A DNA stretch of 64,000 nt, taken from the NCBI RefSeq assembly GCF_006345805.1, contig NW_021835464.1, positions 1 to 64,000 of the forward strand, read 5' to 3'. Numbering within the stretch: position 1 is the first letter of the stretch; the number at the start of each line of letters is the position of its first letter. This DNA is from Octopus sinensis (lineage: Eukaryota). Below are positions 1-13,363 of the stretch, piece by piece. Under the pieces are notes generated by a model that worked only from the letters and a program-made list of their open reading frames with translations, had not been told where the DNA came from and made no database searches. The translations under genes were made by a program, and so were the position numbers.

Positions 1-439
1 TGATTCCCTTAATCTCAATATTTTCGAGTTTTTTTGGGTTTTTTTTACCATACATTAATAATTTTAAATCCCATCCACAAGATATCAGAAAACCAGTTAA
101 GTATATTTGTCTCTGGTTCGCCAAACTCACCTCCAACAGAAAAAAAGCTTTCTCCAGATGATTCAAAATATTATATCAATACCTTCAAGCAAATTCGAGA
201 ACAAGAATAAGATATTTTGATGTCAGTATTTTACGATCATCCACACAAACGTATACACACGCATACATGTATTATATATATTTATATATCTGTATATAGA
301 TATATATATATATAGATTAGATATATATAATATATATATATATTATATATATATACAATGTACACACACACACATATATATATATATATTATTTTATATA
401 ATATATATTATATTTTATATATATATATATATTATATAT

Positions 440-583
440 ATATATATACATATATATATAGTAGAAATATGTTTGAAAAAGAAAATATATAATACACGTT
501 GAAATGTAAGGGTAAAATATGGAAATCAACGAAAATGCATATTGCAAATAGAAAAAGGCTATTTATGACAGGTAGTGTGACAA

Positions 584-643
<60 letters not shown>

Positions 644-760
644 GAGAGAAGATTTCTTTTCTCAAAGAGTTAAGATTGAGAAAGGAAACATTTTTAGAAA
701 GTCGAAAGACACTAACCTTGGGGAAAAGACTGCTTTTATAGATATGCAAGCGCTTTCAGT
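440..760. repeat. Dispersed repeat fragment broken by (TA)n; related to 22790-22870 and, inverted, to 1030-1058
   Basis: gaaatgtaagggtaaaatatggaaatcaacgaaaatgcatattgcaaata recurs with few changes near 22795. ttggagagaagatttcttttctcaaagag (~640-668) is approximately the reverse complement of ctctttgagaaaaaaatcttctctccaa (~1030-1057). Confidence 0.5.
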
Positions 761-1099
761 TTGTAACGTTTTCAAGCACATGTTATTACACATAGTGAAC
801 GTTGTTTGCAGTAAAATTGTTGTTGACTATTTCTTTTTTAGTTTCGGACTAAACAGGAAATATTTTTTCCCTTCCGGAGAAGGTCGTTCCCTTCATTTAT
901 TTTATGAAGAGGGAAAATTGTAAATTTTCGTTGTATAAAGGGGCTCAAATGATCGCTACATGGTATGCATCTAAGGGTGGTATGTTTTATTAGATGTCTG
1001 TGCACAATAACTCGGTTGGTTTTCGCAATCTCTTTGAGAAAAAAATCTTCTCTCCAAATATTATAACTGCATCGGGGAATTTCCAAAACACTCCAGATA

Positions 1100-1250
1100 T
1101 ATATATATCTTATATAAAATCCGTTCTATCTGTCTGTCTGTCTGTGTGTCTTCTAGAATCTCGACCATCCTCCATCCGATTGCGCTCAAATTTGATATGT
1201 AGATACACACGGTGTTAGAGGATGTAAAAATCTTGCAAAAATTTAAACAA
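1100..1250 (+). mobile_element. Helitron-like 5' end fragment
   Basis: Starts tcttatataaaatccgttc followed by (TCTG)n. The same start occurs near 22580 and a similar one near 39185. No 3' CTAG end identified. Confidence 0.35.
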
Positions 1251-1455
1251 TTGATCACAAGTGAGAATGCGATCGATAAAGCCGTGGGGAATAGAAATAA
1301 AAGTCTATGTTTATTTCTTTTGTTCAAATTTAGGTTAAATCAGTGTTTCTCAAAGTGGGGGGGGGGCTATGGGACGGTCGGACAAGTTGTTTCGAGAAAA
1401 TTTAGTTTAAATATTTGACAACTCAGCACCGTCCTTTGGACGGGGGGCATTTTGC

Positions 1456-1457
1456 TC

Positions 1458-1504
<47 letters not shown>

Positions 1505-1551
1505 ATATATATGCGCGCGTGTGTGTGTGTGTGTATGTACATATATATAGA

Positions 1552-1601
<50 letters not shown>

Positions 1602-1958
1602 TATATACAGTTATGGTATATTCCGTTACGAATATATGTTTGGGTTATAAGATGTGTGTGAATATAAAACTGAAGAACTCGGTATCAATAAGGTATACGT
1701 TTCGACAGTTATTTTTTAATCTCACTACAATTATCTTTTAATTGTAGTGTTTAAAAATTAACTGTCGAACTGTCCACATTGAACTCCTTCTTGTAGAGTC
1801 CAATTTCTTCAATCATATATATATATGTATATATATATATATACACACATATATATATATATATATATATATGCACATAAATATATATTATATATATATA
1901 TACATATATATATATTATTATATATATATACATATAATATATATATATATATATGTAC

Positions 1959-2038
<80 letters not shown>

Positions 2039-2040
2039 GA
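1456..2040. repeat. Compound (TA)n/(TG)n microsatellite tracts
   Basis: Direct reading; source of the YI-repeat ORFs. Confidence 0.95.
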
Positions 2041-2216
2041 GATAGAGAGAGAGTAAAGATTATTTGCCAACATAATGTGGCAGTCCTGCTTAGGAGGATT
2101 GTTATTGTTAAATAGCCCTAGGAAATGCCGTTTCCAGATGGCTACACGACACGCTATCTACATTTTTCTATTTTCGAATGAGGAAGTTTAGCGTCCCCAT
2201 TCTGCTCAAAGCAATT

Positions 2217-2681
2217 GCTAAATAACAGTAAGAATCGTCATTACCAGGACCTCCACATTATGTTGGCAAATAATCTTTAGTCTAGAATATTCTTACTGAA
2301 TGTCTCTCGTTCAGAGATTTAGGAATAATAATTCGCTATTTATTAGATCAGTGAGGGTGTGTCATTTTGAGAAGTATATAACACGAGTTTAGTGGCGGCA
2401 TCTCTAGCCGAGAAATTATTCTGTGCCGATGAAGTGAAATAACCCAGAAACCATTGGTACGCAGATATTGTTTCCAGCTGAGTGGAGACACTAAACTCTC
2501 TTTTTCGAAAATATAATTCCACAGACGCTTCGTCATACAGTCAGCTGGAGACGATGTTTCCTAAATAACAGTAACATTTTTCCTATCCAGGACTTCCACA
2601 TTATGTTGGCAAATATTCATTACTCTAGGGTATTGTTACAGAACGTCTCTCGTTCAGAGATTTGAAAATAATAATTTACTA

Positions 2682-2682
<1 letters not shown>
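2217..2682. repeat. Diverged ~125 bp direct repeat (2217-2340 and 2560-2682)
   Basis: Both copies read ctaaataacagtaa...ccaggac.tccacattatgttggcaaata...tctctcgttcagagattt..aataataatt..ctatt. Confidence 0.8.
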
Positions 2683-2715
<33 letters not shown>

Positions 2716-2717
<2 letters not shown>

Positions 2718-2927
2718 CGATGGACGCACGCAGTTGCGGAGTGGTACCCGCGTGAGCGGAAAAGACCACCCGGAAGACCTCCACGACGATGGAGTAACGA
2801 TTCAGGAGGACGATTGGGATCACGTGGATGAGAAAGGCGCGATCCAGAGAGGAGTGGACAGCGTGCTGTGACCAGCGGTGTCAAATGGATGCCTGACGGA
2901 CCGGTCGGTCAAGGTGATCAAGGTGAT
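2716..2927 (+). mobile_element. RTE-clade LINE, 5'-truncated 3' end
   Basis: Frame from 2718 reads RWTHAVAEWYPRERKRPPGRPPRRW, the typical RTE ORF C-terminal motif. Ends in a (CAAGGTGAT)2 tail within (TA)n. Confidence 0.8.
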
Positions 2928-3221
2928 ATATATATATGTATGTTGGGTATGTATATATATATATGTATGTATGTATATGAATTAGAGAACCACCATGTAG
3001 CATTTCAACAATGATATAATAAATCATACCTTATAGAAAAAACATTGAATATACGATAAAAAATTAAAGTATGAAATAATAAATAAATATTATATAATTA
3101 GTAAATAGACCAAGGGGTTATCTATCTATCAATCTATCTATATTTAGTTTTAATGATTTAATTATATCATTGGTGAATTGCTACATAGTGGCTCTTCACT
3201 AATTTATATACATATATTATA

Positions 3222-3362
3222 TAAGGTTGTCCCAAAAGTTCGTAGAAAGTCTTGGAAAATAATGGTTTTTATTTTGAGGAATAAATTTTGTTGTTTTTGT
3301 TAGTACTTGGCGAGTAAAAATTCAATTTTCGCAAGTGTTTACGAACTTTTGGGACAATCTAA
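3222..3362. mobile_element. Mariner-type MITE (~140 bp)
   Basis: TIRs aggttgtcccaaaagttcgta (3224-3244) and tacgaacttttgggacaatct (3340-3360), one mismatch, TA-flanked. The TIR resembles the mariner TTAGGTTG..CAAAAG pattern. Confidence 0.75.
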
Positions 3363-3483
3363 TATATTGTGAAATTTGATTTAGTATTACCAAATTGAAT
3401 TTTTCCATGTAAGTTTGGAATCATATTCCCTAATATTATTATTGTTATATATATGATACGCACACACTCAAACACACGCACAC

Positions 3484-3524
<41 letters not shown>

Positions 3525-4421
3525 TTGTCGTATAATCCTCCAAGCAACCATCATGTCTTACACCAGTGGCACTATCCCTCTTAAACATTATACAGATCAA
3601 TTTCTCGCATAATGTAATTAATACCTCTTGAATACAAAAACTCTATAAGTATTGTTATACATAGTGATGGTTGTTCCCGTTGCTACTTAAATACACGCTC
3701 TATTCATATGATCTTCAGTGTAGTTTTTATTCGTATTATTTTCGATATAAACGTATAAGAATGTTCTTTCGTCACACATTCTTTGACCTCATCAGTGACA
3801 CTGTCCTAAGTGTCTTCTCTTCTGCTTATTCCATTTTTATTCTTATATGCGTTTACGTCTGTATGTATTTCTGTGTTCGTGTGTGCGTATATGTGCGTGT
3901 ATGAGTATGCGTGTGTGTGTGTGTGTGTGTGTGGTGTGTGTAATATCTGTGTGCCATGTGTGTGTATACGGGATTGTGTTTTACAGTGTTATACTTGTGT
4001 CTCTACACATTTCCATTACAATAAAATATTTTCCATACACAGCGAATAAACTGCACAAGCGTTAGTCAAATTCTTCGATACCATAGTAATGTGTAAAATT
4101 TACGCTTGAATATATCTTTGTTCCACTTAAGGATTTATAGTGTTATAGGATATTTTTCCTTTCTGAATTCTATAAGTGCTTCTTAGTCTACATCAAGCAA
4201 TCTCTAATAACTGTCTACAGTTGTAAGCTGATATGATTCTTTCCGAAATTACGACTATGTAGAGTCAATTGTTTCGACCTTAATGCTTATCTATTAGACC
4301 GTAAATGCAGTTCCATTGAGCTTGTTTAATACACTTTTGTATAAGGAAACAACACGTCTAAATCATTAAATCATTCATAACATCAACAATTGTTTCAAAA
4401 CTGGATATAACCAACATATAT

Positions 4422-4821
4422 ACTCTTTACTCTTTTACTTGTTTCAGTCATTTGACTGCAGCCATGCTGGAGCACCGCCTTTAGTCGAGCAAATCGACCC
4501 CGGGACTTATTCTTTGTAAGCCCAGTACTTATTCTATCAGTCTCTTTTGCCGAACCGCTAAGTGACAGGGACATAAACACACCAGCATCGGTTGGCAAGG
4601 GGCAAAAAGACAGACACACAAACACACACATACATATATATATATATATACATATATACGACAGGCTTCTTTCAGTTTCTTCTACCAAATCCACTCACAA
4701 GGCTTTGGTCGGCCCGAGGCTATAGTAGAAGACACTTGCCCAAGGTGCCGCGCAGTGGGACTGAACCCGGAACCATGTGACTGGTTAGTAAGCTACTTAC
4801 CACACACACACTCCTGCACCT
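4422..4821 (-). mobile_element. SINE family A, full length
   Basis: Head ggagtggctgtgtggtaag, CORE-like ccttgggcaagtg segment, internal (TA/CA) tract and (AAGAGTA)n tail; more than 10 copies in the window. Confidence 0.9.
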
Positions 4822-5311
4822 ATCCTCGAGTATTATTCGCATTTTTCCCCAAAATTTAAATGACAAATTCCCTAGTGCGTACTATATACGAGGTTAAAAA
4901 TGAAAAATATTTTCTAAGCAATGTCCGTGTCTCTATTTGCTGTCCGGCAATGTTTATTCAGACGCATTTTGTGATGTCGGGCGCGAAAATACCTTAAGAT
5001 TGCCTGAAAGCAATGATGTCATAAAAGAATCATCCATAACTTGCAGTGAGCAACATTTGTTAAAATAAAAGTATTCAGAACACAGAATAACATGTAAAAA
5101 CAATTTGCAAACATATTTACATTCCCATTATTGTATTACGCATGCGCGGAAGTGTTTGTTCGACTAGGCGCTGCTGGCTTAATTACGCACGACTCATGTT
5201 AGAGAAGTGGTGCGTATTATACACAATGTTTAGGTTTTTCACAGGTACAACCCCCTAAAAATCCCCTGCGTATTATACTCAAGGGAGGACTATACACGAG
5301 GATTTACGGTA
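4822..5311. mobile_element. TIR MITE (Tc1/mariner-pogo-like), left TIR clipped by the SINE
   Basis: Left atcctcgagtat matches the reverse complement of the right end atacacgaggatttacggta. Subterminal gcgta.tata motifs recur inside. Confidence 0.55.
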
Positions 5312-5591
5312 CACATTTTGCAGCTAAATTAGAAGAGTAAATATATGTTTTGCCAAGTTCATTTGGAGCTTTGATTCAACGCTTACAAACAATAAAATTA
5401 ATGAAGTATATTATCCCTCCAAGTACTTCAACAGCCATAAAATATGATGTTATTCATTTCTGAATTTTATGAAACATTAGTTTAAAACACCCTTCTTAAT
5501 TTCCACACAAAATTATTATCTCTTTATACAGTATTTATTGACAATCGATAGCACCATTGCAGTAACTCATTTATGCAATTATTGTTATACA

Positions 5592-5770
5592 CTTCTATAT
5601 TTAAGAGATGAGGAATTATGTACAGAATTTACATTATTTACATTTGACAGATATTTGTCCTCATCTTGTTTGTTGTTAACACAACATTTCGGCTGATATG
5701 TCCACCAGCCTTCATCAGGTGTCTTGGGTAAATTACGAACCTGGGTTCTCATTCCTAAGGTACTTTTCGA

Positions 5771-5832
<62 letters not shown>

Positions 5833-5867
5833 TTATTATTATTATTATTGAGTGAGAGAGCAGTTCA

Positions 5868-5918
<51 letters not shown>

Positions 5919-5972
5919 CATTACTATTCAGGTCACTGCCTGGAATCGAACTCGGAATCTTGGGGTTAGTAG
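5592..5972 (-). mobile_element. SINE-like element: tRNA B-box head, internal trinucleotide tract, hammerhead-bearing 3' part and (TGTAAATAA)n tail
   Basis: Minus strand reads gagttcgattcc (B box), then (AAT)n, a conserved body, CTGATGA...GAAA and a tandem 9-mer tail. A second copy spans 61569-62947. The A box is not present in either copy. Confidence 0.7.
5679..5722 (-). ncRNA. Minimal type I hammerhead ribozyme motif
   Basis: ACAC CUGAUGA A GGCUG-N10-CAGCC GAAA UGUU GUGU. Core boxes intact, 5-bp stem II, 4-bp stem I, self-complementary (wobble) short stem III, GUU triplet. Confidence 0.7.
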
Positions 5973-6131
5973 AGATAATTTCAAATTATTTTTCTCACTG
6001 AAACCTCAATTTACATGATTTACTCATATTGATTTCTTGGTATGAATTTAAACTGCATCTAGTCCTGAAGCCCTGGTTTGTGAGTTCCAAGAAGGAATGT
6101 CCTCTTAGAAACTATAATTCACGTGTCTACT

Positions 6132-6548
6132 CTAGCTCGGAATATTAGCAACTGTTGGGATTTCTATGATTTGAAAAGCATGTAATCGCCTGAGTGACGG
6201 TGCGTCGAAATCATGGGATGCAAAATGGAGGATGTGAACTATTTCGGTAGGTGAACTTACTGAATCAATGGTGAACATCATTAGATGCCGAGTTGATGAA
6301 GAGACAACAAACAGCCAATGGTCACGATTAAAAAGTTCAGTTAACGAACTATTGCTGTCAGTGTAGTCTTGGTTTACGCATATAAGATATTTCACATAGC
6401 GAAAAATTAACGTATCTAAAACCACAGGCTGGATGAACATGCTACATGGCTCAATCGAGATATCTGTCGGGAAGGGTTCGCATCGGTCAGAAGTCACCAT
6501 ACTGAAAAATGATGTTAATTCGAAACATACAGATTTGATTAGTTTCAA
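6132..6548 (-). CDS. Orphan candidate coding exon, product unknown
   Basis: 138-codon non-repetitive open frame in AT-rich DNA. Acceptor catttttcag gives an exon start at 6501 and a possible donor CA/gtaagt an end at 6261 (241 nt, 80 codons MVTSD...FTIDS). Confidence 0.4.
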   Translation of the reverse strand: MKLIKSVCFELTSFFSMVTSDRCEPFPTDISIEPCSMFIQPVVLDTLIFRYVKYLICVNQDYTDSNSSLTELFNRDHWLFVVSSSTRHLMMFTIDSVSSPTEIVHILHFASHDFDAPSLRRLHAFQIIEIPTVANIPS

Positions 6549-7155
6549 CCGTCTTTCACAAATTCTTTAGATATCTTTCATAAATCTACAAGATATCCTT
6601 TGAATATCTTCAATTTCCCTTTAAAATTTACACCGAAATATTGCAAAGATGGTGTTTTTTCTTTACTCATTAACCTCTTCGTTTTAAGAATATTTGGTAC
6701 GCAAAATATTTTTCATAACATAACCAAAATCGTAATTACTTCGAACCCAATTTCAATTTATATAATATTCATATAATTTTAGATAATATTTATCACGTTT
6801 TAAATTATTTCATATTTAACTTAATTGTTTTTCGTTTTCTCCTAAATTTTTAAAAACTCATTTTCTGAAATAGCTTTCTCAATTCCATGAATTCATATTT
6901 TTACATTAGAAGCATAATAAATTATAGTAACGTACATTTAAGGGAAACTGCGTAAATTAAAGGCTAGATGCCTAAAATAATGACTAGATACGCACGAAAC
7001 AAAGGTTAGATACGATCTAACTTCATTCTTATAATTTAGTTCATATTTCTAATGCCTTTATAAAATCACTCCATTTTTATCAATAGATTCCCCAATTTTA
7101 AATATATCCCAGCTAGCTTAAGCAAAGCGATATTGCGTAATACAATATATATATA

Positions 7156-7908
<753 letters not shown>

Positions 7909-7986
7909 AAAATAAAGCATATTACTCTACCACTGGTATTTGAGTACTCTTTTTTCCACCTTGTTTCACATTTATGTGTTTACTCC

Positions 7987-8029
<43 letters not shown>

Positions 8030-8059
8030 CTTTCAATATTGCTCACAAGGCCAGCAATT

Positions 8060-8340
8060 TAGGGTTAGTCGAATACATCGGCCCCAGTAATCAACTGGTA
8101 CTTATTTATCGACTCACGAAGGATGAAAGGCAAAGTCGACCTCAGAGAAATTTGAAATTTATATTTAATATAGATTAGAAGCAGCATTCGTTCTGTATTC
8201 AAATTCCGCCAAGGTCGACTTAGTTTTTCATCTTTTCTGGGTGGATAAAATAAGTACGATTTGAACACCGGGATCAATGTAAACTACTTAACCCCTCTAG
8301 CAAATATGCTGGCCTGGTGTAAATATTTGAAATCAATATT
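8060..8340. mobile_element. SINE family B fragments, degenerate, opposite orientations
   Basis: gatgaaaggcaaagtcgacctc (minus-strand copy) and aaattccgccaaggtcgact (plus-strand copy). Confidence 0.6.
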
Positions 8341-8861
8341 GCAACAACACTTAGGCAGTGAGTTGATAGAATCGTGAGTCTAACGGGCAATTTTCATAGC
8401 GGCCTTCTCTTCATTTCGGCGTCGATAAACTGAGCAACAGTTGGGGAATGGAGTCAGTGCAATCAACATAACCCCTCCCGCGAACTAGCCGACCTTGTAG
8501 AAAAAAACTTGACTACAATGTTATAAACCGTACTAAAGCGCAAGCTGGGTAACTGTTAGAGTGCCGGGCAGACTACTAACCGACAATTAGCCAGTCTTTA
8601 TAATCAGAGTTCAAATACCGGCTGGGTCAGCTGTGTCTTTTATCCATACAGCATCAATAAAATAAGTACTAGTTGAAGGCTGTCACAGATATAATCAATT
8701 TACGCCCTCCACCAAAATTACTGGTCTTGTGCCAAGAAATGTAAACGAATATGAAAAGCAGTACCATTCCCGCACTCTTTAAAAATCACAAAGATTTCAA
8801 TTCAGTTATGTATTCGTAATATGAACGATAACTTCAGAATACTTTATTTATAATATTATGC

Positions 8862-9222
8862 TATTCTTTTACTTGTTTCAGTCATTTGACTGTGGCCATG
8901 TTGGAGCACCGCCTTTACTCAAGCAAATCGACCCCAGGACGTATTGTTGTAAGCTTAATTTACAGGTACGTAAACACACCAGCATCGGTTGTCAAGCGAT
9001 GTTGGGGGGACAAACACCGACACACAAACGTAGACACACATACATATGTATATATACATACATACGATGGGCTTCTTTCAGTTTCCGTCTACCAAATCTA
9101 CTCACAAGGCTATCGTCAGCCCGAGGTTACAGTAGAAGACTCTTGCCCAAGGTGTCACGTAGTGGGACTGAACCGAGAAGCATGTGGTTGGTAAGCAAGC
9201 TTCTTACCACACAACCACTCCT
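8862..9222 (-). mobile_element. SINE family A
   Basis: Colinear with 4422-4821. Confidence 0.9.
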
Positions 9223-9881
9223 TGGTTAAAATAATTGTATTCTCAATTTTAATTATATTTTTAAAGGGGCGGCGACCAGGTGGAATCGTTAGCACGCCGG
9301 GTTAAAAGCTTAGCGGCGTTTTGTTGATATTTGTGTACTGAGTTCTAATTTTAACGGGGTCGTGTTTGCAGTTCATTGTTTTCCGGTCGATGTCATCGAC
9401 TAGCTCCCCGCCACGCAATTGCTTGCATCCTGCGAAAACCTAAAACCAATATTCGACCAAAATGCATTTATCAAATTAGGTAAGTCTGTATAGGGAGTAT
9501 GACCTGGTGGAATTCATAGCGCGTCAGACAAAATGCTTAGCGGAATTGATTTAGGGATTATCTTCTAAATTCCATTCTACTGAGGTTAAATGTGCCATTC
9601 ATTGTGTTGAGATCGATAAATTAAGTACCTCTTGAGCATTGGGGTCGATGTCATCGATTATCCGCTGTCCGTGCAAACCTTCAGGACATGCATCTATATA
9701 TTAGAAACGTTTTTAATTCAGATCACATGATAAAAGTCATGCTCCCGAATACAGAAAACTATAATAGCTCAGGCGACATCCCTGTATTGTATACATATAT
9801 ATATATATATATACACAGTTGAATATGGTACTTAAGTTAAATACATCAGAATACATATGAATATCCTTGTTGCTTAGTTTG

Positions 9882-9922
<41 letters not shown>

Positions 9923-9928
9923 TATATA

Positions 9929-10135
9929 GGTGAGAAAGTTGGTGTGTGAAAGCACGTGGTTGAATGTAAGAAATTTGAAAAGCTGAACGCGAAACCGGTC
10001 ATTTCTTCAAAAACTATGTCATTGTATGAAAAAAATTTATAACATTCTTCCGACATAATGACTCAAATATATATTTTTTAACCTTTTAAAACAAGCCTTC
10101 TGTAGTTTTTTTTACTTTTTACTATTTTCTATATA
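9929..10135 (+). repeat. Short (TA)n-embedded repeat, Penelope pseudo-LTR-like, with a degenerate hammerhead-like motif
   Basis: gaaat ttgaaaa ... GAAA ccggtc atttc: palindromic ACCGGT plus GUC and a gaaat/atttc stem, but the first core box is degenerate. Same family as 7221-7702. Confidence 0.45.
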
Positions 10136-10499
10136 TATATATATATATCCCCAATTGATCGTCCCCTACTCCTGTTTCGACACTGAACTGCTGTACTTTC
10201 CCAAAAGCTCTAATTTTTAGCAGAACATTTTAAAGAGAAAAATCAGAGAAAATGTATAGAATTCCTATTTGTTAATTTTTCCGCTCTTAATAAAATTATG
10301 AATGAGTGTGTGTGTTCGTGAGTGAGTAAAAAGATATACTTCTGGACACACACACAAACACACCCACGCATACAAGCACACACACACACACACACACACA
10401 CAATTACTCACATATTGATATATGATGAAAAACAGCAACAGTCATATTCACATGCCACGCCACAAAAACATATGTATACATGAATGCTTACACATATAT

Positions 10500-10505
10500 G
10501 CATAC

Positions 10506-10551
<46 letters not shown>

Positions 10552-10947
10552 GTGTTGTGTGTGGTGTGTGTGTGTGGTGTGTGTGTGTGTGTCTGTATAT
10601 ATATATATATAATATATAATATATATATATATGTATATATGTAAATGTATGTGTATATATTTATACACATATATATACACATATATATGAATATATACGT
10701 ATATATATTATGTGTGTGTGTGTGTGTAGTTAAGCGAGAGTGAGTGAAAAGAGAGCTTTCTGAGAGAGTAAAGAAGTTAGACCCTCATTCACAGAGGCAA
10801 AATCTTACGCACACACAAGCGCAAACCCATATCTGTGTATACATATACACCTTACCTTAACAAAATAGTAAACAATCTGTACAAAATACATATATATACA
10901 TATATATATATATATATATTAATATATATATATATAATATATATATA

Positions 10948-11043
<96 letters not shown>

Positions 11044-11130
11044 ATACACACTCACACACATATATATATATATATATACATATATATATTATAGATATAT
11101 ATATAAAATATACGTGTATGTGTATACATG
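10500..11130. repeat. (TA)n/(TG)n/(CA)n compound microsatellite
   Basis: Direct reading. Confidence 0.95.
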
Positions 11131-12139
11131 TGTGTGTGTGCGTACTTAAGAGATCTCCGTCCGTTTCTTATCTTACTCCAAACGATAAACACCCCCTCTC
11201 CACACCACAATCACCACCACATAGAAATAAAAAAAAAAGAACAGAAAAGAAAATTTATTGAAAACCGAAAGAAACTAAAACGCAAAGAAATACAATAATG
11301 TAACAGATAACATTCAGAACCAGCAAGCAATTCCACACCCCCACCCACACACCCACTCGCACACACTCACACACATACACATGAGAACCTACTCGTGCAT
11401 ACACATACACATATACAACGACACATACATTTATATATGTATGCATGCACACAAATGCATATGCAAGTATCTGTACGTATGTATGTCCGTTTATACACAA
11501 ACACAAACACACACACATATATATACATATATATATATGTATGTTTATACATATCTATACTCACGCACATATATTAAGTTATACATATATACATACATAA
11601 AGAGATAGATAGATGAATATATGTATGTCTACCTATATTAATATGAAGGAGAACCAGTAAATATATGTGTATATATTATAGATGTTTATTCATATATGTA
11701 ATAGGTTTTTGTTTGTGAGTATGACCAGTGATAAAAATTAAATAGACTAGTAAGAAAAATGCGCACGACTGCAAGCTTCAGATATATATATGTATATATA
11801 TTGTAATTATTTCCCTACTGGTTGGTCTATGTCTCAATTTCACTGCGTGGTTTCTGGGGCAAGTGTGTTCTCTTATAAACTGAGGCCGACCAAAAACTTA
11901 TGAGTATGTAGAGTAAACGGAAAATAAGAGCTTCCAATTGTATATATTGTACTGTGTCATTTAAATCTTGAAATGTGTTACTTCAGGAAAATATTCTGTA
12001 GGAGTTGAATTCTTTCTCTCTTGCATAATAATCTGAAACACAGGTATCGAAACAACAAGAATTGATTTCAATTTATTTTCATAAATTATACCATTCGAAG
12101 CCATCTGTCGCTAATTCTCTCTCTCCCTCTCTCTCTTCG

Positions 12140-12180
<41 letters not shown>

Positions 12181-12254
12181 TATATATAATATATCGTTCG
12201 ATCTATCCGTTTATATATTTATCTATCGCCCTCACTCTCCTTCTGTTTCTCCCC

Positions 12255-12337
<83 letters not shown>

Positions 12338-12903
12338 TATAGATATATATATATATGTGTGTCTGTGTGTGTTGTATGTGCCTGTCTGTGTGTGAGAAAG
12401 TGAGTGTGTGCGGGAAGGTGTGATTGTGTCAGTTTGTTTCCTACCAAAGGCATGATAACCAGTGTTGGTGAGAGTATCCTCTCGACCCTTGGCAATTCGG
12501 TAAAAGAGAGTGATAGAATATATACCAGGCAAAAAATTGTGCTGGGACTGATACGTTCGTCTAATATTTTTAAAAGCGATGCTTCAGCATGGCTGTTCTC
12601 TAATGACTGAAGTAAGCAAAAAATTTCTAACACTTTTATTGAGTTCATGAAATTCTTGCAGCACGAAGCTACGTTGATTGAAAATACAAACAATGTTAGG
12701 GAGTATGAAGGTGATACATTAGCGTTAGAATTGGGTCCCTCATGTGTATTAAGAACCCAAAATGCCTGTACTTGATCAATTTTCATGGGATGTGAATAAA
12801 AGTCCACTACTCCTCAACGTAGAGTGAACAGGAGGCTGTTAGTTACCAAGGTTAACTTCCTAGCTGTTGATGGACTTCATTGGCCGGTGAATTGAATAGG
12901 GCA

Positions 12904-12945
12904 AAGGCGGCGAGCTGGCAGAAACGTTAGCATACCGGGCGAAAT
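12904..12945 (+). mobile_element. Isolated SINE family B head
   Basis: aaggcggcgagctggcagaaacgttagcataccgggcgaaat matches the head at 13132. Confidence 0.75.
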
Positions 12946-13131
12946 ACGGCTACCAAGAGAGAAATCGTGATATATGCACCAGCATATTCATACACTAGCA
13001 CGTACCGCTATAATGTATACATAATGTATATATCTGTATGTATATATATGCATATATATGTTTGTGTATGTTCGTGTGCGTTCACGTGTATATATATATA
13101 TGTCTGTATATACATATGTGTGTATATACAT

Positions 13132-13363
13132 AAGGCGGCGAGCTGGCAGAATCGTTAGCAAGCCGGGCGAAATGCTTAGTGGTATTTCGTCTGCCGTTAC
13201 GTTCTGAGTTCAAATTCCGCCGAGGTCGACGTTGCCTTTCATCCTTTCGGGGTCGATAAATAAAGTACCAGTTTCGCACTTGGGTCGATGTAATCGGCTT
13301 AATCCCTTTGTCTGTCCTTCTTTGTCCCCTCTATGTTTAGCCCCCTGTGGGCAATAAAGAAAT
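13132..13363 (+). mobile_element. SINE family B, full length
   Basis: Head ggcggcgagctggcagaa, B-box-like gagttcaaattc, central gtcgac..gcctttcatcctttcggggtcgataaa and a gcaataaagaaat end. Confidence 0.9.

Noticed and set aside
2340-2560. Possible mariner transposase trace (RRYCFQL)
   Set aside because: Only a few residues match and no DD34D motif can be reconstructed.
12630-12900. Unique-looking segment within the 191-aa minus ORF
   Set aside because: The ORF length comes from a degenerate SINE and microsatellite; no recognisable motif or convincing splice pair was found in the unique part.
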